Shown here: in pieces, positions 17,960-28,309 of the stretch
Layout: each line of letters opens with the position of its first letter
Position numbering within the stretch: position 1 is the first letter of the stretch
From: Candidatus Bathyarchaeia archaeon
GTDB lineage: Bacteria > Patescibacteriota > Microgenomatia > PFEM01 > JAFGMK01
Assembly: GCA_035529595.1 (NCBI GenBank)
Contig: DATKWK010000035.1
Location: 49,067-113,066, forward strand
Direction of reading: 5' to 3'
DNA length: 64,000 nt
Notes under the pieces: generated by a model
Told to the model about the DNA's origin: nothing
The model's database searches: none
What the model saw: only the letters and a program-made list of their open reading frames with translations
Position numbers and translations under genes: made by a program

Positions 17960-18171
17960 GAGTAAACATTCGCCTAGTAAACGAGTATTTAAACTTCCTG
18001 AATTATACTAAAAGCTTAAAAATCAATCAATCGGAAAGATATTTTTTAAGAGATAAAATTTAACGATCAAAAGGTAGTTACGTAAAATTATTATAACCTT
18101 GATGCTTTTACAATCCGGAGGTGAGATGGATAAGCCAATTCATACTCTTTCATTTGGTCTTGAAGTAAGTT

Positions 18172-19083
18172 TTAGTCAGTCTTAATAAAGTCGGCTTTTT
18201 CTTTGAAGAAACCCTCGGTAGTATAAGAAGAAATCTTAAAAAGCTCGTTATCCGGGTCTCTTTCGGCCAAATAATCATCCTCTCCCTTATAAAAGGTAAT
18301 TCCGATAGTCTTGTCATCAAGACCAATCGCCAGTAACAACTCTTTCTCTTTTTGATAGTTATTTCTTTCATCCTTATCTGCCAAAGAAGTAGCCGTAAGC
18401 GGTGAGAGGCCAGCGATAACTTCTTCAACTTTATCTTTATCTACCTCCGATACGTCATCTTTAAATTTCCAGCCTTCCTCCCTGTTTTCAAGCATAAACT
18501 CGCTACCGGAGTGGGCAAATTTTAACCAGTGAATATGTTGATTTTCCAACGAAACAATTGTCTTATCGTGCCAATAGTCTTCTTCTAATAAGCTGCCAGC
18601 GTCGGTCAACTTGGAAATCAGGTAAACAGGTAAATCATCTTGAAAACGGGTGTAGGTACCAGAAAAATTGCTTTTCCCGAGAAAGTATTTGAGCTCTTTC
18701 TTATCGGACTTCCTTAAGGCTAAACGAGTCGCCTGTTCTTCTTTTAATCCCATTTTCTCGTGCTGTTGATCGGTCTCAGCGATCAATTCCACTTGATCTC
18801 CAGCCATCAGACTATCAATCAAATCGTTTACTCTTTTATTGTCAGCCTTCCTTAACCCCAGCTGCCATTGATTATCTTTTTCCTCCAGTAGCAACTTTTG
18901 CTTTTCGTCACTACTGATTATTTCGATAAAACCTATCTCATCCTTGCTAAAACCGGTAATCTTTTGTTTGTATTTTTCAGATGACAAGGTTAGTTGCTGC
19001 TTCCCCCACGATCTTTGCAAGATTAAAGCAACAACCAGTACTACTAAGATTAGAAATATTTTTTTGAATGCCTTCTGACTCAT
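18172..19083 (-). CDS. DUF4340-like membrane-anchored protein of the Gld-type ABC operon
   Basis: N-terminal TM, duplicated beta-rich domain, position after GldF/G-like gene. Confidence 0.75.
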   Translation of the reverse strand: MSQKAFKKIFLILVVLVVALILQRSWGKQQLTLSSEKYKQKITGFSKDEIGFIEIISSDEKQKLLLEEKDNQWQLGLRKADNKRVNDLIDSLMAGDQVELIAETDQQHEKMGLKEEQATRLALRKSDKKELKYFLGKSNFSGTYTRFQDDLPVYLISKLTDAGSLLEEDYWHDKTIVSLENQHIHWLKFAHSGSEFMLENREEGWKFKDDVSEVDKDKVEEVIAGLSPLTATSLADKDERNNYQKEKELLLAIGLDDKTIGITFYKGEDDYLAERDPDNELFKISSYTTEGFFKEKADFIKTD

Positions 19084-19090
19084 TTTAAAA

Positions 19091-21283
19091 TTATAAATCT
19101 TTTAATTTAAAAACCCGCTTGGCTAACCTTTTTCTTCTGCTAAGCCAGAAAAAGCCGAATAAACTGACACAAATTGGTGGCAGGAAAATACTAAGATATT
19201 GGATAAGCATCGGCTGGAGGGGATTGGTAAACTGAAAGACCGCCCGCCCGAATGATTTACTCGGAATCGAGGCCAGTAACGGATCAGCCATCGCCCAATC
19301 CACTAGATTGCTAACGAAGGAAAAGTTTTCAGGCGATTGCCTGATAAATTGATCGGAAACAAAATCGCTGTCTCCGATTATGACTATTCGATTACCCTTC
19401 TCTTTATGGTTTGCGGCTACCCCAAGAAGTATCGGTTCACCGGACGGGTCCGGCAAAAGATTTAACTGTTCCGGATTGATGGAAAAATTACTTTCCTGTC
19501 TCCCACCGGACGAACTGGTCTGCAATATTTTTATATATTCAATCGCCTCTTTTTCTTCCAACGCAATCGAACTTGGCCAAGCAAGCAGAACACTCTCAAG
19601 ATTAGCTAAAGGTGAGAATTGCTTATCGGCCGGTAAAGCCCTAAACCAGAACGGATATGAAGCCAAGTATTGGGTACTTCCTTGGCTGAGAGTAATAATT
19701 TCGCCCAGTCGGGAATCAAAGATTAAGTCGCTATTTAATTTTAGACCATATTTTTCTAAAATCGATTCAAGACCGGTGCTTACTTCATTGGCCGTTCCCA
19801 GTTGAACATTAACATTGACTTTATCAACCAAAAATACCGCCTTACCACCTTCGTCAAGGTAACGGGTAATATTGGCTGCGGCAGTTGCATCTTCACCAGG
19901 ACCGCCGATTGCCAGCAATAAATCAAATTGATCGTCTTCTTTATCTAAGGAAACATTTTTAATCTGATACTGAACCTTCAATTCATCCTGCAAAATCTGG
20001 CTGCTTGCTAATGGCTGCGGAGAGTAAAAACCGACAGCCTTTTCTTTCTCCGCCGTCAGCTTATTAATCCTCCGGCTGACCTGATACTCTAAGTCAGACG
20101 TATCTTCAATAAAAGGAATCGTCTCTGTTTTGTCGCCGAATCGTAAAACCAACCCTAAAAAACCATTTTGAACTTCGAACCGGCCGGAACTGATTCGGTT
20201 AAAAGCTACTTCCTCAATCCCTAAGGATAGGGCTTCATTTCTTGCTTCCTGATCTGTATCGGGATAGACTTTCTCTACCTTAATTTGTTTACCGTAACGC
20301 TGATAGTCTTTAAGCATATCCTCAAGATTTTTTAATATAGGCTGGACGGATCCCGGTAAATCCCGGGAAGCAAAAATTTTTATTTTTAGAATATCCGATA
20401 ACTGGCTAACCAACTTCTTGGTCCCCGGACTAAGGCTATACTGTTTACCTTGGGTCAAATCGATACGCAAAGGATAAACCAGCATTAACAGATTTAAAAG
20501 AATTCCAATGGCTACAATTAGGCTCATCCCGAAATATAGTTTTCTTTTTTCTGATTTCTTTTCTTCGGTTCTTCTTTCCGAAAGTTTCGCCACTGCTATA
20601 CTCAAGAAGAGAAAAGTACCAGTAAGAAAATATAAAAGATCGCGCAGATCCAAAAAACCGCGGGCAATATTTCCCATGTGAGGCAAAACGGCAATTTCGT
20701 TTGCTATTTGACTTAGAGGCGAAGGCAAAGAGATTGTAACTATTTCCAAACCCGATAAGATCATCAAAAAACTGAATGATGCGCCCAATAAGAAGCTTGC
20801 TGCCGCGCTTTCCACGAGTGATGATGCGGCAATACCGATACTTAGAAAAAGCGCACCGACTAGAAATGCACCTAGATATTGCGAAAAAATCATTCCGGGG
20901 TCGGGCGAAGAGAAAAGAAAAAGCGTACCCGGCAGAAGCAACGTCGTTAATAACACCCCGCCGAAAAACATTAGCGATCCTAAGAATTTACCGATAACTA
21001 ACTCGATTTCACTAATCGGGTGACTGATTAATAGCTCAAAGGTTTTCTCCTGTTTTTCCTTAGAAATTGTCCGCATCGCAATTGCCGGCGCCACCAAAAT
21101 CAAAAACCAGGGTAAGAGCTCAAAAAAGGGCCTTAAATTAGCGATTCCGCTAATAAACGCCGTCCGGATATACAAAAAAGACGACAACACCAAAAAAGGA
21201 ATAATAATCACGTAGGCAGCAACGCTGTTAAGATAATCGAAAAATTCTTTTCTTGCTAAAGTTAAAATTGTTTTTCTCTTCAT
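19091..21283 (-). CDS. ABC-2 permease (GldF-like) fused to GldG-like auxiliary domain
   Basis: ARKEF..Y, PAIAMRTISKE, RIDLT...YSLS..T, LEYQ, IGDSDF. Confidence 0.88.
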   Translation of the reverse strand: MKRKTILTLARKEFFDYLNSVAAYVIIIPFLVLSSFLYIRTAFISGIANLRPFFELLPWFLILVAPAIAMRTISKEKQEKTFELLISHPISEIELVIGKFLGSLMFFGGVLLTTLLLPGTLFLFSSPDPGMIFSQYLGAFLVGALFLSIGIAASSLVESAAASFLLGASFSFLMILSGLEIVTISLPSPLSQIANEIAVLPHMGNIARGFLDLRDLLYFLTGTFLFLSIAVAKLSERRTEEKKSEKRKLYFGMSLIVAIGILLNLLMLVYPLRIDLTQGKQYSLSPGTKKLVSQLSDILKIKIFASRDLPGSVQPILKNLEDMLKDYQRYGKQIKVEKVYPDTDQEARNEALSLGIEEVAFNRISSGRFEVQNGFLGLVLRFGDKTETIPFIEDTSDLEYQVSRRINKLTAEKEKAVGFYSPQPLASSQILQDELKVQYQIKNVSLDKEDDQFDLLLAIGGPGEDATAAANITRYLDEGGKAVFLVDKVNVNVQLGTANEVSTGLESILEKYGLKLNSDLIFDSRLGEIITLSQGSTQYLASYPFWFRALPADKQFSPLANLESVLLAWPSSIALEEKEAIEYIKILQTSSSGGRQESNFSINPEQLNLLPDPSGEPILLGVAANHKEKGNRIVIIGDSDFVSDQFIRQSPENFSFVSNLVDWAMADPLLASIPSKSFGRAVFQFTNPLQPMLIQYLSIFLPPICVSLFGFFWLSRRKRLAKRVFKLKDL

Positions 21284-21286
21284 TGG

Positions 21287-22216
21287 TTAATCCTTCGTTA
21301 ATTGGGCAAAAATATCTTCAAGATCCAACTGTCTCCTAAAAAGCGTCCATAATTGCCAATCATATTTCTTTACCAGGGAGATAATCGCTGGCCGAATATC
21401 GCTCTCGGTACCGGTTTCAATAACAAAGTATTTTCCTTTTACGTCTTTCTTTTTTATTTCTTCGACACCGACAACATAAGATAACTCTTTAAATAGCTGG
21501 CGATTGATCTTGGGTCCTGACACCTCAACTTCAAAATATTGCTTACCTCCGCGCAGCCTGCCCAGATTTTCGGGCGTATCATCAGCAACAATTTTTCCCT
21601 GATGAATTACAATTACACGATTACACATCTTCACTACTTCAGGTAAGACATGAGAACAAATAATCACTGTCCGGTTTTTTCCAAGACCTTTAATTAACTG
21701 GTGAATTTCGCGTCTCTGATTGGGATCCAAGCCTTCAGTTGGTTCATCAAGAAGTAATATCTCTGGTTGGGCAAGAATCGCCTGGGCCAAACCCACCCGT
21801 TGCCTGAAACCTTTTGAGAGTTGGCTAATCGGCCGGTAATAAACTTCAGCCAAATTGGCATTGCGGACAACAAAACGCAAAGCTTCTTTTTCTTCAACGC
21901 TTTCAAGTGCTTTAACAGACAGCCAGAGCTTCAAATACTCTTCAACAGTAAGTTCTTCATAAAGAGGATTATTTTCAGGTAAATAACCGATCTTTTTTCT
22001 TATTTCACTACCACTATTTTCGTAATTGAGATTATCGATTAAAACCTGTCCCTGGCTGGGTGGCAAAATCCCGGCTATCAATTTGATAGTCGTAGTTTTA
22101 CCGGCTCCATTAGGACCGAGAAAACCAACTATCTCTCCTTCTTGAATCTTTAAGGATACTCTGTCTACTGCCAGAGTACTACCAAACCGCTTAGCTACTT
22201 TATCAAGATTTATCAT
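21287..22216 (-). CDS. ABC transporter ATP-binding protein (GldA-like)
   Basis: GPNGAGKTT, LSKGFRQR, LLDEP; ATG 22216 (track start 22243). Confidence 0.92.
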   Translation of the reverse strand: MINLDKVAKRFGSTLAVDRVSLKIQEGEIVGFLGPNGAGKTTTIKLIAGILPPSQGQVLIDNLNYENSGSEIRKKIGYLPENNPLYEELTVEEYLKLWLSVKALESVEEKEALRFVVRNANLAEVYYRPISQLSKGFRQRVGLAQAILAQPEILLLDEPTEGLDPNQRREIHQLIKGLGKNRTVIICSHVLPEVVKMCNRVIVIHQGKIVADDTPENLGRLRGGKQYFEVEVSGPKINRQLFKELSYVVGVEEIKKKDVKGKYFVIETGTESDIRPAIISLVKKYDWQLWTLFRRQLDLEDIFAQLTKD

Positions 22217-23870
22217 AATTTTTAATACCCAAAATTGCCTCAATAAAACTTAAAAAAATTGGGTGTGGTTGTAAAGGACGCGATTGATATTCCGGATGGA
22301 ACTGGGTTCCGATAAAGAAGGGGTGATCAGAAATTTCGATTGCCTCAACCAGTTTATTATCGGGCGAAGTAGCGGCAACTTTCATCCCCGCTTTTTCAAA
22401 TTTTCCACGGTATACATTATTAAATTCATAGCGATGTCTATGCCTTTCGCTGACAATTAATGAGTCACCATTGATCCAACCTACCTTATTATACGCCTTG
22501 TAAAGTTTTGTTTCCTTCATTACATGGCAAGGCCAGCTTCCTAATCTTATTGTTCCCCCATATTGATGCTCTTTCAAATACTTTTCCTGATCAGGCATGA
22601 CATGGATTACTGGATACTTAGTTTTAGGATTAATTTCTGTTGAATTGGCTTTTTTTAATTCCAGGACATTACGGGCAAACTCAACTACGGCCATTTGCAT
22701 TCCGAAGCATAATCCCAAATATGGAATCTTCTGCTCACGCGCTACTCTGGCAGCTTTAATCTTCCCTTCAGTTCCCCGACTTCCCCACCCTTGTGGAACC
22801 ACAATTCCATCTGCTTTTACTAAACGAAAATCAACTTCTTTTGAATCTAACTGTTCTAAACTCTCGGAATCGATGGGAACTACCTTAAGTTTCACACGGC
22901 AGGCAGCCGCAGCATGATTAAGCGCTTCTAAGACAGAGATGTAGACGTCCTTATGCTTATTGGCTCCATGGATGACATATTTTCCTACGAGATAAATTTG
23001 AAGCTCCTTTTTTGCTTCTTCTAACCTACTTACAAACTCATGCCACCTAAGGAGATCTTTTTTTCTAGGATTCTTAATTCCAAACTTAGCTAAAATCTTT
23101 TCTGCCAATTTATTTTTAGCAAACGAAAGAGGTACCTTGTAGATCGAATCAATATCCGGGTCATCAATAATATTTTCCCGATCTACAAAGCATCTTTTTG
23201 CGATTACTTCAATCCGAGGCAGATCAATCGGAATTTCATTCCTGGTAATAATAAAATCGGGCATAATCCCGATCTCTCGTAAGCGAGCTACTGCGTGTTG
23301 GGTTGGTTTTGTTTTTAACTCACCGGTATTCTTTAAGAGTGGTAAGTAAGTTACCATAATATAAATGGCCGGATAATCCCGTCCGATCTCACGCGCTGCG
23401 TGCAAAAAAGGCATGTTTTCTAAATCCCCAGTCGTTCCTCCAATCTCAACAATCACAAAATCATAACCCTGGGCCGGCTTATAGATCATTCGTTTGATCT
23501 CGTTAATCACATCAGGAATTAATTCTGCATCCCGTCCCTTATAAAAAAAGTGTCTTTCTTTATTGATAACCTCTTGATAAACCTTTCCACTGGTAATGTT
23601 ATTATCGCCAGAAAGATCAATATCGAGAAATCTTTCATAGTGGCCGATATCTTGATCAATCTCCGATCCGTCTTTAGTAACAAAAATTTCTCCGTGTTCC
23701 GCCGGACGCATCGTACCAGCATCAATACTAATATAAGGATCAATTTTAATCGCTGTTACTTTAAAACCCTGTGATTTAAGAAGTAAGCCTATCGAGGCAC
23801 TGGCTATCCCCTTACCTAGACCAGAAAGCACTCCACCGGTAACGAAAATATATTTTGGTCGTACTCGCAT
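22203..23870 (-). CDS. pyrG: CTP synthase
   Basis: GGVLSGLGKG, KTKPTQH, GLCFGMQ, ERHRHRYE, QFHPE. Confidence 0.97.
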   Translation of the reverse strand: MRVRPKYIFVTGGVLSGLGKGIASASIGLLLKSQGFKVTAIKIDPYISIDAGTMRPAEHGEIFVTKDGSEIDQDIGHYERFLDIDLSGDNNITSGKVYQEVINKERHFFYKGRDAELIPDVINEIKRMIYKPAQGYDFVIVEIGGTTGDLENMPFLHAAREIGRDYPAIYIMVTYLPLLKNTGELKTKPTQHAVARLREIGIMPDFIITRNEIPIDLPRIEVIAKRCFVDRENIIDDPDIDSIYKVPLSFAKNKLAEKILAKFGIKNPRKKDLLRWHEFVSRLEEAKKELQIYLVGKYVIHGANKHKDVYISVLEALNHAAAACRVKLKVVPIDSESLEQLDSKEVDFRLVKADGIVVPQGWGSRGTEGKIKAARVAREQKIPYLGLCFGMQMAVVEFARNVLELKKANSTEINPKTKYPVIHVMPDQEKYLKEHQYGGTIRLGSWPCHVMKETKLYKAYNKVGWINGDSLIVSERHRHRYEFNNVYRGKFEKAGMKVAATSPDNKLVEAIEISDHPFFIGTQFHPEYQSRPLQPHPIFLSFIEAILGIKNYDKS

Positions 23871-23976
23871 ATATTAAGATAATAGAATAACCAAAGAGGA
23901 AAGACAAAAGCAAGATGCATTTTCAAATGGCTGTGTACCCCTAAAAGCCTCGACACGCAGGTTTAACTTTTTTTTA

Positions 23977-24333
23977 CTAAGAAACGTTTCTAAAGATCCT
24001 AACATTTTCAAGCCTTTCCTCAGGCGATAACTGCACTGACACAACATCAATTCGCAAACCTAATGACCTAGGAAAATGGGAATCCGTGTAAGAAAAAGCA
24101 GCTCTTTTAATATGACGGATCTTTCTCTGATCAACTGCCTCTTCGGGTAAACCGAAACTTTCTCCTCGGCGAGTTTTAACTTCAACAAAAACTAGATCTC
24201 CGTCCTCAAGAGCGATAATATCAATTTCACCATATTTTGAAGAATAATTACGTTCGATTATCTGGTAGCCTTTATTTCGAAGATACCTGACGGCGGCTAG
24301 TTCGCCGATTTTTCCTAACTGCTTCCCTCTCAA
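23977..24333 (-). CDS. yraN: YraN family (UPF0102) endonuclease-like protein
   Basis: GEIDII, FVEVKTR, RIDV. Confidence 0.9.
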   Translation of the reverse strand: MRGKQLGKIGELAAVRYLRNKGYQIIERNYSSKYGEIDIIALEDGDLVFVEVKTRRGESFGLPEEAVDQRKIRHIKRAAFSYTDSHFPRSLGLRIDVVSVQLSPEERLENVRIFRNVS

Positions 24334-24703
24334 TCCTTTCCTCCTTGATCTTCGGTTTTATTTTCATTACCATACGTTCATGCTTCGCTTTTACCTTGGA
24401 AGCCGCCTTCCCCTTTCTACCCCTAAGGTAGTAAAGTTTAGCTCTTCTGACGTTGCCTCTTTTCTTGACCTCGACTTTTTCAATCCAGGGTGAGTTAATC
24501 GGCCAGATTCGCTCGATTCCCACCGCTCCGGTGCCTATTTTGCGAACTACAAAGACTGTATTTTCGCCCCGGCCTTTAATCGCGATTACCAGTCCATCAA
24601 AACGGGAAAGACGCGTCTTCCCTACTTCAACCAAGCGGAACGAAACGGTAATTAAGTCACCAACATTAACCAGCTCACCTTTGATTCGCGATCGATTAGC
24701 CAT
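24272..24703 (-). CDS. rplS: 50S ribosomal protein L19
   Basis: GIERIWPINSP, VRRAKLYYLR. Confidence 0.95.
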   Translation of the reverse strand: MANRSRIKGELVNVGDLITVSFRLVEVGKTRLSRFDGLVIAIKGRGENTVFVVRKIGTGAVGIERIWPINSPWIEKVEVKKRGNVRRAKLYYLRGRKGKAASKVKAKHERMVMKIKPKIKEERIEREAVRKNRRTSRRQVSSK

Positions 24704-24770
24704 ACCTTAAAACCTGTTTAAAAAAACTACTTAAATTATTCAGTCGTTTATTTTAACAACCCAATCCGAT

Positions 24771-27700
24771 TTAATCAACAACCTCTTTTATTTTAGCCTG
24801 AAGGTCCCGTGAAAAATTAACCCCATAAGGTAAAATCAAGCGCCTCGTTTTTCCTGTATTATCGACAAAAATCAAAGCGATGCGTTGATTTCCCTGACTT
24901 TGTTTAAAAAGCTTATTAAGTTCAACTAGTTTTCGGGGGGAAATTGACGAAGACAATCTGATTTCGAAATCATATTTTTTCCCTTCTTGAGTTTTCTCTT
25001 CTAGTGCGGACATAAGAGAGGCCGAATCGACAATTATAGAAGGCGATTGTTCTCTGGTTTCAACTTTTCCTTCGATCAGAACAATCCGGTCTTTGGCCCA
25101 ATAATCACGCGTGGCAGCAAAAACTTTAGGAAAAACGACCGCTTCCAAACTAGCCGTATCATCCTCAATTTTTACGAAAGCCATTTCTTGAGAGGTCCTT
25201 CGGGTTGTCACAATTCTTAGATCAACTATCATCCCGCCGACTTTTACCTTACCACTAATTTCCTCCTCCTGAAAAAATTCGAATAATTTATGAGTACAAT
25301 GCTGCTCTAGAAGCGACAAAGCAGGCGCTAAAGGATGCTCCGTTAAGTAGAACCCGAGTAAACTTTTTTCCAGTGTTAACAGTTCGTTTCGAGTAAATTC
25401 CTCCATCTCTGGTAATCTGTCCTCGATAGCAGTAAAGTTAGTCTCTCCGAAACCATGATTATCAAACAGACCGACTTGACCGTTATGCTGTTGCCGCTGA
25501 AATGAAGCCCCTTGAATTCTGATCTTTTCGAGCGCCGAAAGCATGGCTGCCCGTTTCCCAAAGATATCCATGGCTCCTACTCTTATCAGACTCTCAAGAA
25601 CCTTTTTATTTACTTTTTGAGGATCAACACGCTGGCAAAAATCAGAGAGGGACTTAAATTCACCAATCTCACGGGCAGCCAAGATTGCCGAAATTGCCGC
25701 TTCACCAACATTTTTAATGGCTGAAAGACCAAAACGAATTGCATTGTCTTCTAACGACCGCGAATCAGATTCAACGCTAAAACCAATTTTTGACCGGTTA
25801 ATGTCAGGGGGAAGCACCACAATCCCCAATCGGCGACATTCCTCAATCGCCAAAGTAAGTTTCTGGTCCTTACCTGAACTGGAAGAAGCTCCAGATTCAA
25901 CAGTAAGAAGAGCTGCCACAAATTCCACCGGGAAATGGGCTTTGAAATAGGCTGTTTGATAAGCGATCATGGCATAACTGGTCGAATGTGCCTTATTAAA
26001 ACCATAACCGGCAAATCTTTCAATCAAACCCCAGACATTTTCTGCCACCGAATTCTCATATTTTGCCTCCATCGCTCTCTTTATGAACCTATTTTTCTCT
26101 CGAGTCATGATCGCTTTTTTCTTTTTTCCGATTGCCCGGCGTAAAATATCTGCTTCTCCTAAACTATAACCACCCATAACGTTGGCAATCTGAAGTATCT
26201 GTTCCTGATAAACAGCAATTCCATACGTCTCTTCTAAAATTGGTTTTAAATCTGAATGCGGATATCTGATAACCTTCGGATTTTCCTTCCCGGCAATAAA
26301 TTCATCGATAAACTGCATCGGGCCGGGTCGGAACAAGGCAACCATGGCGGAAATATCGGAAAAACGATTAGGCCTTAGTTTTCTGGCCAGTCGTCTCATA
26401 CCGGCACTTTCTAACTGAAAAACCCCGGTTGTTTCACCTGAGGCAATCATCTCGAAAGTTTCCTTATCCTCCAAAGGAAGTTCAGAAACATCTATTTCTT
26501 GGCCACGAAGATGCCTGATGTATTCACGGGCTTTTTCCAATATCGTCAAGTTCCGCAGTCCCAAAAGATCCATCTTTAAAAGACCAATTGCTTTATCTGA
26601 AACGTTCAAGTCAAGAGAGTACATGTCGTACTGAGTAATAATTTTTTCGCCTTTTACTTCCCTCTGTAGCGGAGTGTATTCCGTTAGCTCTTTGTCGGCA
26701 ATTACCACCCCGGCGGCATGAACTGAAGCATGTCTTGATACTCCTTCAACTCTTTGAGCCAAATCAAGCAGTTTTTTATATTTTGGCTGGTGATAGTATC
26801 GCTCAAGTTCGGGAACTGTTTTCAGCGCTTCAGCGATCGTTGATTTAAAAGGAATCAGCTTAGCAATTTGGTCGGGCTCACTATAGGGCATTCCCAAAAC
26901 TCGACCGATATCTCTGATTGAACCTCGTGCTTCCATACTTCCGAAAGTGATGATCTGGGCAACTTTATCTTTACCGTACTGATTGGTTACATACTCAATT
27001 ACTTCATCTCTCCTATCATCGGCAAAATCAAGATCGATATCAGGTGGAGAAGGACGTTGAGGATTCATAAATCTTTCAAAAGGCAGATTATGCTTAAGAG
27101 GGTCAACGGAGGTAATCCGCAATATATACGAAACCAACGATCCGGCTGCCGATCCCCTACCTGGACCGACGCGAATATTTTCCTTCTTCGCCCAGTTGAC
27201 AAAGTCCTGGACTATTAAAAAATAAGTGGCAAAACCTTTCTTACAGATGATATCCAGTTCATAATCGATGCGCTTAATAATTTCTTCACTTGGATGAGGA
27301 AAGCGATCATCAAGTCTCTCGTACACAAGCTTTTTCAACTCTTCTTCAGCTGTTTTTCCTTCGGCTAATGGATAACGGGGCAAGATCCAGTTACCGATCG
27401 GGATTTCGACATTACAAACACGGGAAATCTTACGGGTGTTTTCAATTGCATCCGGAAAATCAGCAAAGATTTCTATCATCTCTTCTTGGCGCCGTAAATA
27501 AAAATCCGGACTATCAAGCATCGACAGTCGGTTTTTATCGGTTATCTTTTTCTGCGTCTGGATCGCCAGAAGCGCATCTTGGGCTTCGGCATCATCAGGT
27601 TCAATATAATGAACATCGTTGGTAGCTATCAGAGGAATACCTAATTTTCGCGACAACTGAACTATTTTTTTATTTGCTTCATCCTGTTCGGCTATTTTTG

Positions 27701-28232
27701 GATGGTATTGAAGCTCAAGATAAAAATCTTTGCCAAAAATCTCCAGCAATCGACTAGCTAAGATTTCCGCGTCTTTAGTTTTCCCTTTAACAAGAAATGC
27801 TGGAATTTGGCCACTCAAACAAGCACTGGTGACAATTAAACCGGCTGAATATTGTCGTAGTAAATCCAAATCGATCCGAGGTTTATAATAGAAGCCTTCC
27901 AAATGAGCCAAGGTAGTCAATTTCATTAAATTTTTATAACCGGTTTCATTTTTAGCCAGTAAAATCAGATGATATTGATCGGAATCTATATGGGCTTGTT
28001 TATCAAAGCGTGAACGGGCTGCCACATAGGCTTCAAGACCAAGAATTGGTTTAATGCCTGCTTCCTTAGCCGCCAGATAAAATTTGACCATTCCATACAT
28101 CACACCGTGATCGGTTAAAGCAATCGAATCCATGCCATATTCGACAACCTTATCAATCAGCGCATCAATTTTTGACAGACCGTCAAGAAGTGAATATTCA
28201 CTATGTACATGCAGATGAGTAAATTTAGCCAT
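24771..28232 (-). CDS. dnaE: DNA polymerase III alpha subunit
   Basis: HLHVHSEYSLLDG, GPGRGSAAGS, PDIDLD, YGFNKAHS; ATG 28232 (track start 28253). Confidence 0.97.
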   Translation of the reverse strand: MAKFTHLHVHSEYSLLDGLSKIDALIDKVVEYGMDSIALTDHGVMYGMVKFYLAAKEAGIKPILGLEAYVAARSRFDKQAHIDSDQYHLILLAKNETGYKNLMKLTTLAHLEGFYYKPRIDLDLLRQYSAGLIVTSACLSGQIPAFLVKGKTKDAEILASRLLEIFGKDFYLELQYHPKIAEQDEANKKIVQLSRKLGIPLIATNDVHYIEPDDAEAQDALLAIQTQKKITDKNRLSMLDSPDFYLRRQEEMIEIFADFPDAIENTRKISRVCNVEIPIGNWILPRYPLAEGKTAEEELKKLVYERLDDRFPHPSEEIIKRIDYELDIICKKGFATYFLIVQDFVNWAKKENIRVGPGRGSAAGSLVSYILRITSVDPLKHNLPFERFMNPQRPSPPDIDLDFADDRRDEVIEYVTNQYGKDKVAQIITFGSMEARGSIRDIGRVLGMPYSEPDQIAKLIPFKSTIAEALKTVPELERYYHQPKYKKLLDLAQRVEGVSRHASVHAAGVVIADKELTEYTPLQREVKGEKIITQYDMYSLDLNVSDKAIGLLKMDLLGLRNLTILEKAREYIRHLRGQEIDVSELPLEDKETFEMIASGETTGVFQLESAGMRRLARKLRPNRFSDISAMVALFRPGPMQFIDEFIAGKENPKVIRYPHSDLKPILEETYGIAVYQEQILQIANVMGGYSLGEADILRRAIGKKKKAIMTREKNRFIKRAMEAKYENSVAENVWGLIERFAGYGFNKAHSTSYAMIAYQTAYFKAHFPVEFVAALLTVESGASSSSGKDQKLTLAIEECRRLGIVVLPPDINRSKIGFSVESDSRSLEDNAIRFGLSAIKNVGEAAISAILAAREIGEFKSLSDFCQRVDPQKVNKKVLESLIRVGAMDIFGKRAAMLSALEKIRIQGASFQRQQHNGQVGLFDNHGFGETNFTAIEDRLPEMEEFTRNELLTLEKSLLGFYLTEHPLAPALSLLEQHCTHKLFEFFQEEEISGKVKVGGMIVDLRIVTTRRTSQEMAFVKIEDDTASLEAVVFPKVFAATRDYWAKDRIVLIEGKVETREQSPSIIVDSASLMSALEEKTQEGKKYDFEIRLSSSISPRKLVELNKLFKQSQGNQRIALIFVDNTGKTRRLILPYGVNFSRDLQAKIKEVVD

Positions 28233-28309
28233 AAGCTGCTCAAAATACTTCACCGTTCGAAAAGTCCATCGAACACTCGAAGGTGTCTTTTACTTATTAA
28301 ACTTAAATA

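Noticed and set aside
24272-24333. 62-nt rplS/yraN overlap
   Set aside because: Explained by a variable basic L19 tail in a compact genome
24771-28232. Intein in dnaE (also checked clpB and ileS)
   Set aside because: Lengths are normal and no intein splice motifs are evident
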